DNA of 64,000 bases from Monocercomonoides exilis PA203 (taxonomy: Eukaryota > Protista > Preaxostyla), in assembly GCA_001643675.2 (NCBI GenBank), contig LSRY02000001.1:1054001-1118000 (forward strand), read 5' to 3'. Below are positions 55,847 through 64,000 of this stretch, piece by piece; position 1 is the first letter of the stretch, and the number at the start of each line of letters is the position of its first letter. The notes under the pieces were generated by a model, which did not search any database, was not told where the DNA came from, and saw only the letters and a program-made list of their open reading frames with translations. The position numbers were made by a program, and so were the translations under genes.

Positions 55847-58800
55847 ATGTTAATAGTAGTATTTTTATGTTTAGTTACTGTCAGACAGTCAGTGGTCGTC
55901 CAATTCAATGTACCCACGTCACAGACTGATCTTAATTTTTTGCTGAAGTATTCAGTGACAAATGCTTCTCGTAAGAATATCTACAATTCATCAAATTATT
56001 TCCTCGATTCTTTTAAATATTCTGCTTCATCAATAAGTTTTAATGACGAACAAATTCGAATTAAAGGAACCGGATTGACCATTCTTCATTCTGAATCAAT
56101 CAATTGTGAAGAAATGTTTCATCTTGTCAACACTACAATCGAGCTACTATCTTTAACATTAGATATCGAAGGGAATGCATCATATGCTATCGTTGATAAA
56201 CAATCCTCGCTTTTCCTAAGTTCTATTTTGTATTCAATTCATATGAATAATTCCAACCCTTTAATCAAGGCGGACGGAAAAATTCAGATGAACAATGTTT
56301 CTCTAAAATTTGATAGTCAAACCGAGAGGATTTGCCCAAGTTTAGTGGAATTTCAAAGGGATGGAACAATTGGAATTAGTTTTTCAAAATTTGATTCAAT
56401 TATTAATTCAATAAAAGGCCCATTTATTGCACAAGGCAATATTAACGAATTGAAGGCAAACGATAACTTGTTTATAAATTTGACAACTTCATCATCTTTT
56501 AAAGCTGTGCAGAATAATAAGATTCATTTTCAGCGGCCCATTCAAAAAAATAATATTAGAATACCTGAGGAAACAAACGATAACTTTAATCATTATTCAG
56601 TAAAATATATTTATATATGGAATAATCAATTCTCGAATACCGTGAATCCAGTTACCGGAGGAATAATCGGGTGCGGAGAGTCTGTTGTTGAATTTAAAGC
56701 ACACAACTGTTCATTCATAAAAGCACACACAAGATATGATGCTCATCTGAGACACGAAAGCGGAGCAGCAACTTATGAAGGAGATGAATTTATTGGATGT
56801 TGGACAAATGGAGATAATGGAGGTGGAGCAATTTGGTGTAAAGACACAAATTTATGGATTGACTCATGCGTGTTTAATGCTTGCGCAGTATATGGAAATG
56901 ATCCACAAGGACATGGAGGAGGAGTTTATGCACGCGAAGAAGGATTCAAAGTCTGTAGAAGCTCAAATTTTACACAAAACCATGCTGATTATGCTGGGGG
57001 TGGAATTGCCTTTCATAATATATCAAGGCACGTGATTCAGAATTGCATTTTTGATTGCAACAATGCTGGCTATTATTCTGCTTTTCAATCCATCCATCTT
57101 GGTGATGATTCTTCTTTTTCTGGATTAAAGGTGAGGAATGGTTCCGTTTCAGGCTTTGCTTCTGCTTTTTCCATCCAAGCGGCAGGGGGATGGGTTACAG
57201 TTTCAGATTGCGAAATGATTCATGGCACTGCTCAGGACGAGATTGGGGCAATTTATATTGGATCTCCATGCAATTATGGGGATATCAGATTAAGTTATTT
57301 GTGGTTTGCGAATAATGTATTGAATCCTTCTGCTAATGTCTTTCATGCGAACGATGTTGTTGTTGACAAGGTGTGGTTTGAATACATGAGCGATAGATCA
57401 AGATGGATAAATTGCCTTTCAATCAGCAATTCTCCTCATGTATTTTTTAGACTTGGAGCTTGGCCTGGTGGAAATGCTGATGATTCATACATACCATTTC
57501 CCCAAGAACATCTTTATGTTGGAACAGATGGATCCGATTGGAGAAATTGCGGATACAACACTTCTTGGAAGTGTAGAACAATCAAACATGCAGTTGACAG
57601 ATGGGGAGATCCTCGCACATGCAATATACAACAATTTGACGCGACATACTATGAAAGTAACATCAACGTTTGTGGAAATAAAAACATTTTTCTTGATGGC
57701 CATAGCAAAAACACGATTCTTGCAACAGCGGGAACCATGATATATGTTGGCGATTCCGGAAAATTGAATCTGACTCAATTCAACATTAACTGGGGAATTC
57801 AGCATGTTATAGCACAAGTCACAAGTGGTGCATTTATTATGGACAACTGCGCTGTAACAGGAGGAAACTCACAACATAGCGACAATGGCATTTATTTAAC
57901 AGGAGGCTCAACGACAATCACATCTTGTTCTTTCACATCACTTTCAACTATATCAAATCCGACGATAAAAATTAATCCAAATTCATATTGCAATATCATT
58001 CATTCTTCTTTTACGAGTTTAAACAGCCAAAACGGGAATGGATGTGCTGTGGAAGGTACCATTTCCAATGGAAAAGCGCTGCAAATTTCTTATACAACAT
58101 TTAGCAACATTAGCTTGTCCAAAGGAAATGGGTCTCCTATATACTTGGAAGTTCAATCAGGAGGAACATTTAATTGCGAAAATAACACATTTTATAAATG
58201 CAATTCAAACATTGCGACAAATCAATGCGGAGGTGGATCATATCTTCGTCTAAGGCAAAATTCAGCTGCAAATGTGAAGAACTGCACTTTTAATTGCTGT
58301 CAAGCTTCAGTCACTACTTCAAAAACTTACAATCAATTAGAACGCGGTTCAGACACTTCGAAGGGATATACCAAATTAGGCCGTGGAGGAGGATTGTATC
58401 TTCATCTTTTTGATGCAAATGTGCAATTTAGAATCACAAACATGAAAAACGATTCAAATAAAGCTGATTTTGGGCGCGATATATTTGTTTCTAGTCCCGA
58501 TCTGTCAACATCAATTACACGATCTTGCATTACTCCGTTTAATGATCAAGGCTCCGATCAAATATATTCCGATAACGAAATCCACATGATGGCGGGATAT
58601 GATAATCACAACAGTTGGACACATATTCCATTGATATACTATATAAAAACACTTCCAAGTTATATTTATGCATCCGACAAAGGAATAAACGTTTCAGCGT
58701 GCGGATTTATCAAATATCAATGCAACAGTCTTCCACTTGCGATGAGAAGGCAAACATCGAGCAGGAAGAATATTCAAGTAGACACAAATGTCGTCGTGAA

Positions 58801-61800
58801 TGAAGTCATTTCTTTGACTTCAGGATCTCTTTATATGAAAGGAAAGAATTCTTCTATTACTCATTCAGTATCGCTTAACAATGCTTGTGCAAATTCTTTG
58901 AGGTTCTATTTTTATTTCACTGTAAACGCTGAAATGAGGCAGCTAAGATTTATTGTTCCTTCAAGTGGCTCATCTTTGGAGTCGCAGATTTACATAAGTC
59001 ACTCATCGTCAGTAATCAGCTTTATTAGTTGCTCTGTTTCAACTTCCAATTCTTCTCCAATGACGAAGCCTTTTGTAGCAGTTCAGAGCGGAAGAATTAA
59101 TTTTAACGATATCGTTTTTGACTTTCGTAATGCAGCCAGCAGTAATCAAATTTTGACCAGTCAAGCACCTTTCGTTACAGCGTTATCCAGCCAAAGTTAT
59201 GTTTCATTTAATAACTCAGTCATGAATACAGTGAGGTTCGCTGGTTCAAATGGTTCCTATGTGTATGCAAAGGAGAATTCTTCTTTAGAAGTTAAGAACT
59301 GCACATGGAATGACGTATCATTAGAACAGTCTTCGCTCCTCACTTTGATATCTCCAAATTTTGTGTCAATAAGCAATACTCAAATTGAATCCGTTTCCTC
59401 AACAAACCACAATGGCCCTGCGCTGTTCATTGATGATTCGACATCTTTTAATTCGGTCGGAACCATTTCTCTTTCAAATTCTTCTTTCCGCAGCTGTTCT
59501 TTTGTTTCATCTTCTTCGCAATCAAATGGAGGTGGAGCAATTTTTGCGAAGCTTGATCCAACGATTTCGCTTCAATTCAGAAATCTTTCTTTTTCTGGAT
59601 GTTCTGTAACTCGCACTGCAAATGCGCAAAGCACACGCGGAGGTGCTATCAACATGTATTTGAGCGCGGGCAATACAGCAGCAAGTTTTGAAGCAAATGT
59701 GAATTTTGAAGGCAATAGCGCGGATTTTGGAAAGAATATCTTTGTTTCTTCACCAAATCTCACAGCATCAATAACGCGTCCGAGGTATCTTTTCTTTCGA
59801 TGCTACGATAATTCATATACGCAAGGTAATTGGGCAAAGAAATGGATGTGGGATAGAAAAGAGATGATGGGATTTGACAATCATAATTCTGCTGAAGCAA
59901 TACCGCTTGGCTATTACTTGATGGACCAGCAAGAGCAAATATATCTCTCAGATGAAGGAAAAGATGTGACGGCTTGTGGCTTCTATGACTATCACTGCAA
60001 GACCTTCAACTATGCAATTTGGAGGCAAACAAAAAATAATGTATATTTGTCAACAACGAGAAAGAACGTAACAGTTAATGTATCAGCTACTTTAGCCGAA
60101 GACGTTGTTCTTTCTGAGGGAACAATGCGCTTGAGAAGCAACCGAAGCGATGATTCTGTTCCTGCTTCTTCGAGAATTGTTATCAGTTCTGCTCAATCTT
60201 CTTCTACTTCTTCTTTCCATATTAATGCTTTACAGGATGCGCTTATTGTTTCGAGTATTCCTTGTGAATATTTTGATATTGAATTTCATGTTCCTTCGTT
60301 GCTCAGCTCCAAAAGTTCAGTAATTCGTCTAGATGGCCAAACTCACTTGTTTGTCCGATGCGGTCTCACTTATCAAACTCCAAGCGAAGGATTGAGTTTC
60401 GTCTTCATCACCGAAACAAGAGGTTCACTGATTTTGGACAACTGCTATATTGGAACCCCTGTTCATTCAAGCTCTTCTTTCTCTTCTTCGAATAAATTCA
60501 ATGAAGTGACGCCAAAGTACCTCTTTAATAACGGATCATTTATTAAAGTCAGTGGAACTTCTACCCAAGCAGAATTGAGAAATATGCAAGTCCACAACAC
60601 TGAGCACGGAGACAGCAGTTCTCTTGTCGAAGTCATTGGCGGAGCATCACTAACTTTGAACAGAGATGAATTTGTATCGTCTCAAATGGTCAAGTCTTCG
60701 CTTATTCGAGGAAACGATGCTAATAACATAACCGTTGTGGATACAATCTTCCACTCAATTACAACGCAGCAGAAAGGAGGAAGTTGCGTGAAAATTGGAG
60801 ATGACAGCATTGTAAAGACAATCGAAGCATATACACCACATCAACAGTTGTATCAACACACTCCAACAAGAAATACCATTGAAGCCATTTTTTCCTTTAG
60901 AAACTGCACTTTTGATGCATGCATTTCTCCATCCTCTTCATCGAAAGGAGGTGCCCTTCAAATGATTCTAAAACAGAACAGACAGACTTCAAGTTCCCGA
61001 CAATTGTTGATTAGCGGTTGCAGCTTCACTGATTGCGCTTGTCCGACTTCTCAGTCTGGAAACGGCAAAGGAGGTGCTATCTTTTTATATCTCGATGATC
61101 CTCTTATTGATTGGTGCATTAGCACACCAGAATTTGAAACAAATAAAGCGACACTCGGCTTGAATCTATTTGTTTCGTCGTACAAACTGAATGAATCAAT
61201 AACAGCGGCAAGACTTCCGTTTATTTCTGCTTCTGAATATACATTTGATCACTCGCTCTATCAAGGATTCAACGAATTTAACAGCTGGAAAGCGATTCCA
61301 CTACCATTTTATATTCTTCCTCTTCACCAACATATATACATTAAGGAGACAGGTATCAACACGACTGCATGTGGATTTACTGATTATCAGTGCGAAAGTC
61401 TGCATTATGCGATATATCGCCAGAACAGACCAACAACAAAAGAGGAAGTGGCAATAATGGAAAGAGTGCTTCTTAAGGAAGAGATAAAACTGACAGGAAA
61501 AGAACTTGAAGTCATTTCGAACAAACTTATCGATCCATCTGCACAAACACTGAATGCACAAATTGTTGTGCTTAACGGAGAAAGAAATGAGCTGGATGGA
61601 ATAATTGAAAGCACGAAAAAAGCCCTGTTTGATTCGGTTGAGTTTATTGTGCCAAAAGCTATTCAATCACATTCTTCTGTTGTAAAAGTTACAAGTGGAG
61701 AATTTCTACTCAACAGAAGCATAATTACTCCTTCTGATCCTTCGTTTGAGTTATCTTGTAGATTCATAAGCGCCACAGGTGGAAAAATAATCATTAAATC

Positions 61801-64000
61801 TATTTCATTTGCAAGCAATTCAATTCTTGTATCTTCTTCATCAGCACACTCATTTTCTGCTTCAAATTCAGATAATGGAGTCGGATCATTTTTATTTGTT
61901 GAAGGAAGCTCGACCGAAGGAACAATCGATGGATTTTCTTTTACGCAAGTTAAATGTCAAGGAAGAACGAGTGTTCTTGGAATTGCAAATGGAGCAACGC
62001 TTTCAATTACAAACTCAGATTTTTCTCATGTAGCACTCGACGAAAATTGTATTGTAGAAGCAGATAATATTAAAAGCCTGTCAATCAGCGATACAAACAT
62101 ATCATCTCTTACCATGAAATCGGGATCTACAATTTCTGTTTCTTCTAATGATGCCTTAACGATTGAGAACTGTTCGTTCAGCAGCATCAAATTGGATACA
62201 ATTGGAGGAAGCGCTATTCGTGTTAAGGAAGGTGCTTCTACTCATTCTGAAAGAGTTTCAAATGAAGCGAATGCATCTTCAATGAATCCTTCTTCTTTCA
62301 AGAGGAATTCCAATAAGAATCTCGAGGCTGTACACATAACATCATGCTATTTCAGCGAATGTACTGTGAGTGAAAGTTCTTGCACCGGAGGAGCCATCAT
62401 GATTACTCCAACAAACATGATGGATGTAGATATTGATAGCTGTTCGTTCTCAAACTGTATCACAGGAAGTACACTTTTTGAAGAAGCATCTATTTCTTCA
62501 ACATCACCTGAGAACACAGATGCTCCAACGCGTGGAGGAGCCATTTATTTTTATTTTGTTGATGCATCAGCCAATTGGCGAATTAACAATCCAACTTGGA
62601 GCGCTTTTGGAGAAGCTAATATGAACAATGCGCAGATTGGTCGAGACTTTTTCATATCTTCTGCTAATTTGACTCAATCAGTTCGAGCCTTTTGTTTGCC
62701 ATTCTTTGACAACGTCAACTATGATGAATGCTATTACTTTGATCAGAGCTCGCTCAGAGGATACGATGAGCACGATGACTGGACATCCATTCCAATTGGA
62801 TTTTATCTCCTTCGACAGCATGCTTCAATTTACGTATCGTCTATTGGATACGACACTACTGCTTGTGGGTTCACGATGTATCATTGCCATTCTTTGCCTT
62901 GGGCTGCTTGGAGACAGGAGAACAGCATAAAACATGTAACTATAAACGACACAATGTATATGATGAATCAGTATAGAATTGGCGATTTTTTGATTGACAC
63001 AAATTTATTTAGCAATCTTTCAATTGTTTCCAGCAAAGAAGAGAGACACGCACAGTTTGTTGTTCGTGATTTACCGAATAACGAAGATTTTCCTGGAGTG
63101 TTAGAAAACAACAATACAAACACCATATTTAATGAAATTGATTTCTGTTTGCCTGAAACAATTGCTAAGCACTCATCATTTTTGCGCCAGACTGGCGGAA
63201 CAGTTAATATTCTTCACTGCTCTGTTGTGTTTACCTACAGTTCGCACATTCTCAGATATCCTGCCTTTTGCGTTGAAGGCGGTGAATTGACTGTGGAAGC
63301 ATTTGTAGTTGAGCCAACAAGCTTTGTGCAACACATACCTGATGCAATTTCTTCTGGTACTTCTGCATCATCTCTTTCTTTTGTAACCAAATCAAACGAT
63401 GATGTTCGGAAGACTGTTCTATCTTCAACTTCGCTGTTAACTGTCAACGGTGTTACAGCGTCTGCAGTTCTCAAAGACTTCCCGCTAACTTCTCTCGTTT
63501 CCGAAGGGAATGCTGCTGTAATTGATGTTTCAAACAGATCATCACTCTTATTCAAGGAGTCTATTGTGACTGATTTTTCCACAGATTATTCATCAATTCT
63601 TTCGTCTTCTTCTGGAAGTTCCGTTAATATTGAATCTGTTGTTGTCAGTTCTTCAGACCTTAAAGATGCCCCAGCTATTAGAAATCTGAATGCTGGCTTT
63701 TTGAATGCGACAAACACCACATTTACTGACATCACGCGTGCTTCAACAGGAGGAGCTGCAATATGGATCGAAAGCGGGACAGATTCTCAGCATGCCTCAA
63801 ATTCAGGAGAAAAAATATCTTTGCATGATTGCTTATTTACAAGATGTAAAGTAACTGGAGAAGAATCAGAGCTTTCATTGAAGAATGCATACAAAGCAAA
63901 CATTGACGGGGAAAGCAGTAATCCTCTTTCTTCAGTCTTTGATTCTTCATGTGGAGGAGCAATTTTCGCTTCAATTGGAGCTGGCACTTCTGTCCGTTTT
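55847..64000 (+). CDS. Giant secreted/surface beta-helix and Cys-module protein, 3'-partial (>2700 aa); related to the ectodomain of 44894-52774
   Basis: Begins MLIVVFLCLVTV at 55847. Spot translations at 56.8, 57.5, 58.7, 60.0, 61.4, 62.9 and 64.0 kb are all in the same frame. GGAI repeats and five CG[FY]xx[YW]xC modules. Absence from the ORF track is consistent with no stop before the window end. Confidence 0.88.
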   Translation, partial: MLIVVFLCLVTVRQSVVVQFNVPTSQTDLNFLLKYSVTNASRKNIYNSSNYFLDSFKYSASSISFNDEQIRIKGTGLTILHSESINCEEMFHLVNTTIELLSLTLDIEGNASYAIVDKQSSLFLSSILYSIHMNNSNPLIKADGKIQMNNVSLKFDSQTERICPSLVEFQRDGTIGISFSKFDSIINSIKGPFIAQGNINELKANDNLFINLTTSSSFKAVQNNKIHFQRPIQKNNIRIPEETNDNFNHYSVKYIYIWNNQFSNTVNPVTGGIIGCGESVVEFKAHNCSFIKAHTRYDAHLRHESGAATYEGDEFIGCWTNGDNGGGAIWCKDTNLWIDSCVFNACAVYGNDPQGHGGGVYAREEGFKVCRSSNFTQNHADYAGGGIAFHNISRHVIQNCIFDCNNAGYYSAFQSIHLGDDSSFSGLKVRNGSVSGFASAFSIQAAGGWVTVSDCEMIHGTAQDEIGAIYIGSPCNYGDIRLSYLWFANNVLNPSANVFHANDVVVDKVWFEYMSDRSRWINCLSISNSPHVFFRLGAWPGGNADDSYIPFPQEHLYVGTDGSDWRNCGYNTSWKCRTIKHAVDRWGDPRTCNIQQFDATYYESNINVCGNKNIFLDGHSKNTILATAGTMIYVGDSGKLNLTQFNINWGIQHVIAQVTSGAFIMDNCAVTGGNSQHSDNGIYLTGGSTTITSCSFTSLSTISNPTIKINPNSYCNIIHSSFTSLNSQNGNGCAVEGTISNGKALQISYTTFSNISLSKGNGSPIYLEVQSGGTFNCENNTFYKCNSNIATNQCGGGSYLRLRQNSAANVKNCTFNCCQASVTTSKTYNQLERGSDTSKGYTKLGRGGGLYLHLFDANVQFRITNMKNDSNKADFGRDIFVSSPDLSTSITRSCITPFNDQGSDQIYSDNEIHMMAGYDNHNSWTHIPLIYYIKTLPSYIYASDKGINVSACGFIKYQCNSLPLAMRRQTSSRKNIQVDTNVVVNEVISLTSGSLYMKGKNSSITHSVSLNNACANSLRFYFYFTVNAEMRQLRFIVPSSGSSLESQIYISHSSSVISFISCSVSTSNSSPMTKPFVAVQSGRINFNDIVFDFRNAASSNQILTSQAPFVTALSSQSYVSFNNSVMNTVRFAGSNGSYVYAKENSSLEVKNCTWNDVSLEQSSLLTLISPNFVSISNTQIESVSSTNHNGPALFIDDSTSFNSVGTISLSNSSFRSCSFVSSSSQSNGGGAIFAKLDPTISLQFRNLSFSGCSVTRTANAQSTRGGAINMYLSAGNTAASFEANVNFEGNSADFGKNIFVSSPNLTASITRPRYLFFRCYDNSYTQGNWAKKWMWDRKEMMGFDNHNSAEAIPLGYYLMDQQEQIYLSDEGKDVTACGFYDYHCKTFNYAIWRQTKNNVYLSTTRKNVTVNVSATLAEDVVLSEGTMRLRSNRSDDSVPASSRIVISSAQSSSTSSFHINALQDALIVSSIPCEYFDIEFHVPSLLSSKSSVIRLDGQTHLFVRCGLTYQTPSEGLSFVFITETRGSLILDNCYIGTPVHSSSSFSSSNKFNEVTPKYLFNNGSFIKVSGTSTQAELRNMQVHNTEHGDSSSLVEVIGGASLTLNRDEFVSSQMVKSSLIRGNDANNITVVDTIFHSITTQQKGGSCVKIGDDSIVKTIEAYTPHQQLYQHTPTRNTIEAIFSFRNCTFDACISPSSSSKGGALQMILKQNRQTSSSRQLLISGCSFTDCACPTSQSGNGKGGAIFLYLDDPLIDWCISTPEFETNKATLGLNLFVSSYKLNESITAARLPFISASEYTFDHSLYQGFNEFNSWKAIPLPFYILPLHQHIYIKETGINTTACGFTDYQCESLHYAIYRQNRPTTKEEVAIMERVLLKEEIKLTGKELEVISNKLIDPSAQTLNAQIVVLNGERNELDGIIESTKKALFDSVEFIVPKAIQSHSSVVKVTSGEFLLNRSIITPSDPSFELSCRFISATGGKIIIKSISFASNSILVSSSSAHSFSASNSDNGVGSFLFVEGSSTEGTIDGFSFTQVKCQGRTSVLGIANGATLSITNSDFSHVALDENCIVEADNIKSLSISDTNISSLTMKSGSTISVSSNDALTIENCSFSSIKLDTIGGSAIRVKEGASTHSERVSNEANASSMNPSSFKRNSNKNLEAVHITSCYFSECTVSESSCTGGAIMITPTNMMDVDIDSCSFSNCITGSTLFEEASISSTSPENTDAPTRGGAIYFYFVDASANWRINNPTWSAFGEANMNNAQIGRDFFISSANLTQSVRAFCLPFFDNVNYDECYYFDQSSLRGYDEHDDWTSIPIGFYLLRQHASIYVSSIGYDTTACGFTMYHCHSLPWAAWRQENSIKHVTINDTMYMMNQYRIGDFLIDTNLFSNLSIVSSKEERHAQFVVRDLPNNEDFPGVLENNNTNTIFNEIDFCLPETIAKHSSFLRQTGGTVNILHCSVVFTYSSHILRYPAFCVEGGELTVEAFVVEPTSFVQHIPDAISSGTSASSLSFVTKSNDDVRKTVLSSTSLLTVNGVTASAVLKDFPLTSLVSEGNAAVIDVSNRSSLLFKESIVTDFSTDYSSILSSSSGSSVNIESVVVSSSDLKDAPAIRNLNAGFLNATNTTFTDITRASTGGAAIWIESGTDSQHASNSGEKISLHDCLFTRCKVTGEESELSLKNAYKANIDGESSNPLSSVFDSSCGGAIFASIGAGTSVRF

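Noticed and set aside
1-64000. Reassigned TAA/TAG codons as in some oxymonads
   Set aside because: Conserved genes end at TAA, TAG and TGA at the expected positions, and long ORFs need no readthrough. The apparent in-frame TAA near 39879 falls inside an intron.
1-64000. CRISPR arrays, rRNA, tRNA, transposase or viral genes
   Set aside because: No regularly spaced repeats or recognisable motifs seen by eye; small ncRNAs cannot be excluded without a covariance-model search.

Overview
This is gene-dense eukaryotic protist DNA in the standard genetic code (TAA, TAG and TGA all end genes). It has short AT-rich spliceosomal introns and many Ser- and Glu/Lys-rich low-complexity insertions. The giant surface-receptor/pseudokinase family and overall style point to an oxymonad such as Monocercomonoides; this is recalled similarity, not a search result. 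I reconstructed about 19 protein genes by hand: a Ser-rich orphan, CEBPZ/Mak21, TMEM231, TRAPPC4, POLE3/Dpb4, RPB12, a giant AK9, a bacterial-type fused 2-hydroxyacyl-CoA dehydratase/activase, CCDC61, UTP15, PIG-X, RCE1, RP2, a redox-dead PDI-like protein, an E/K-rich orphan, HisRS and two huge Cys-module/beta-helix surface proteins. RPB12 and the last surface protein are absent from the ORF track, and several others appear only as fragments. The most interesting signals are: (1) an intron-bearing, probably laterally acquired Fe-S radical dehydratase system; (2) a 5' splice consensus of GT(T/A)TG rather than GTAAG; (3) a GC-AG intron splitting the catalytic Arg codon of RP2; (4) a one-base frame break in AK9; (5) a PDI-like protein whose CxxC site is replaced by an N-glycan sequon on a 19-nt micro-exon; (6) a shared upstream motif and very tight head-to-head gene pairs. 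No rRNA, tRNA, CRISPR array or intact transposon was recognised. Exon boundaries are manual predictions.
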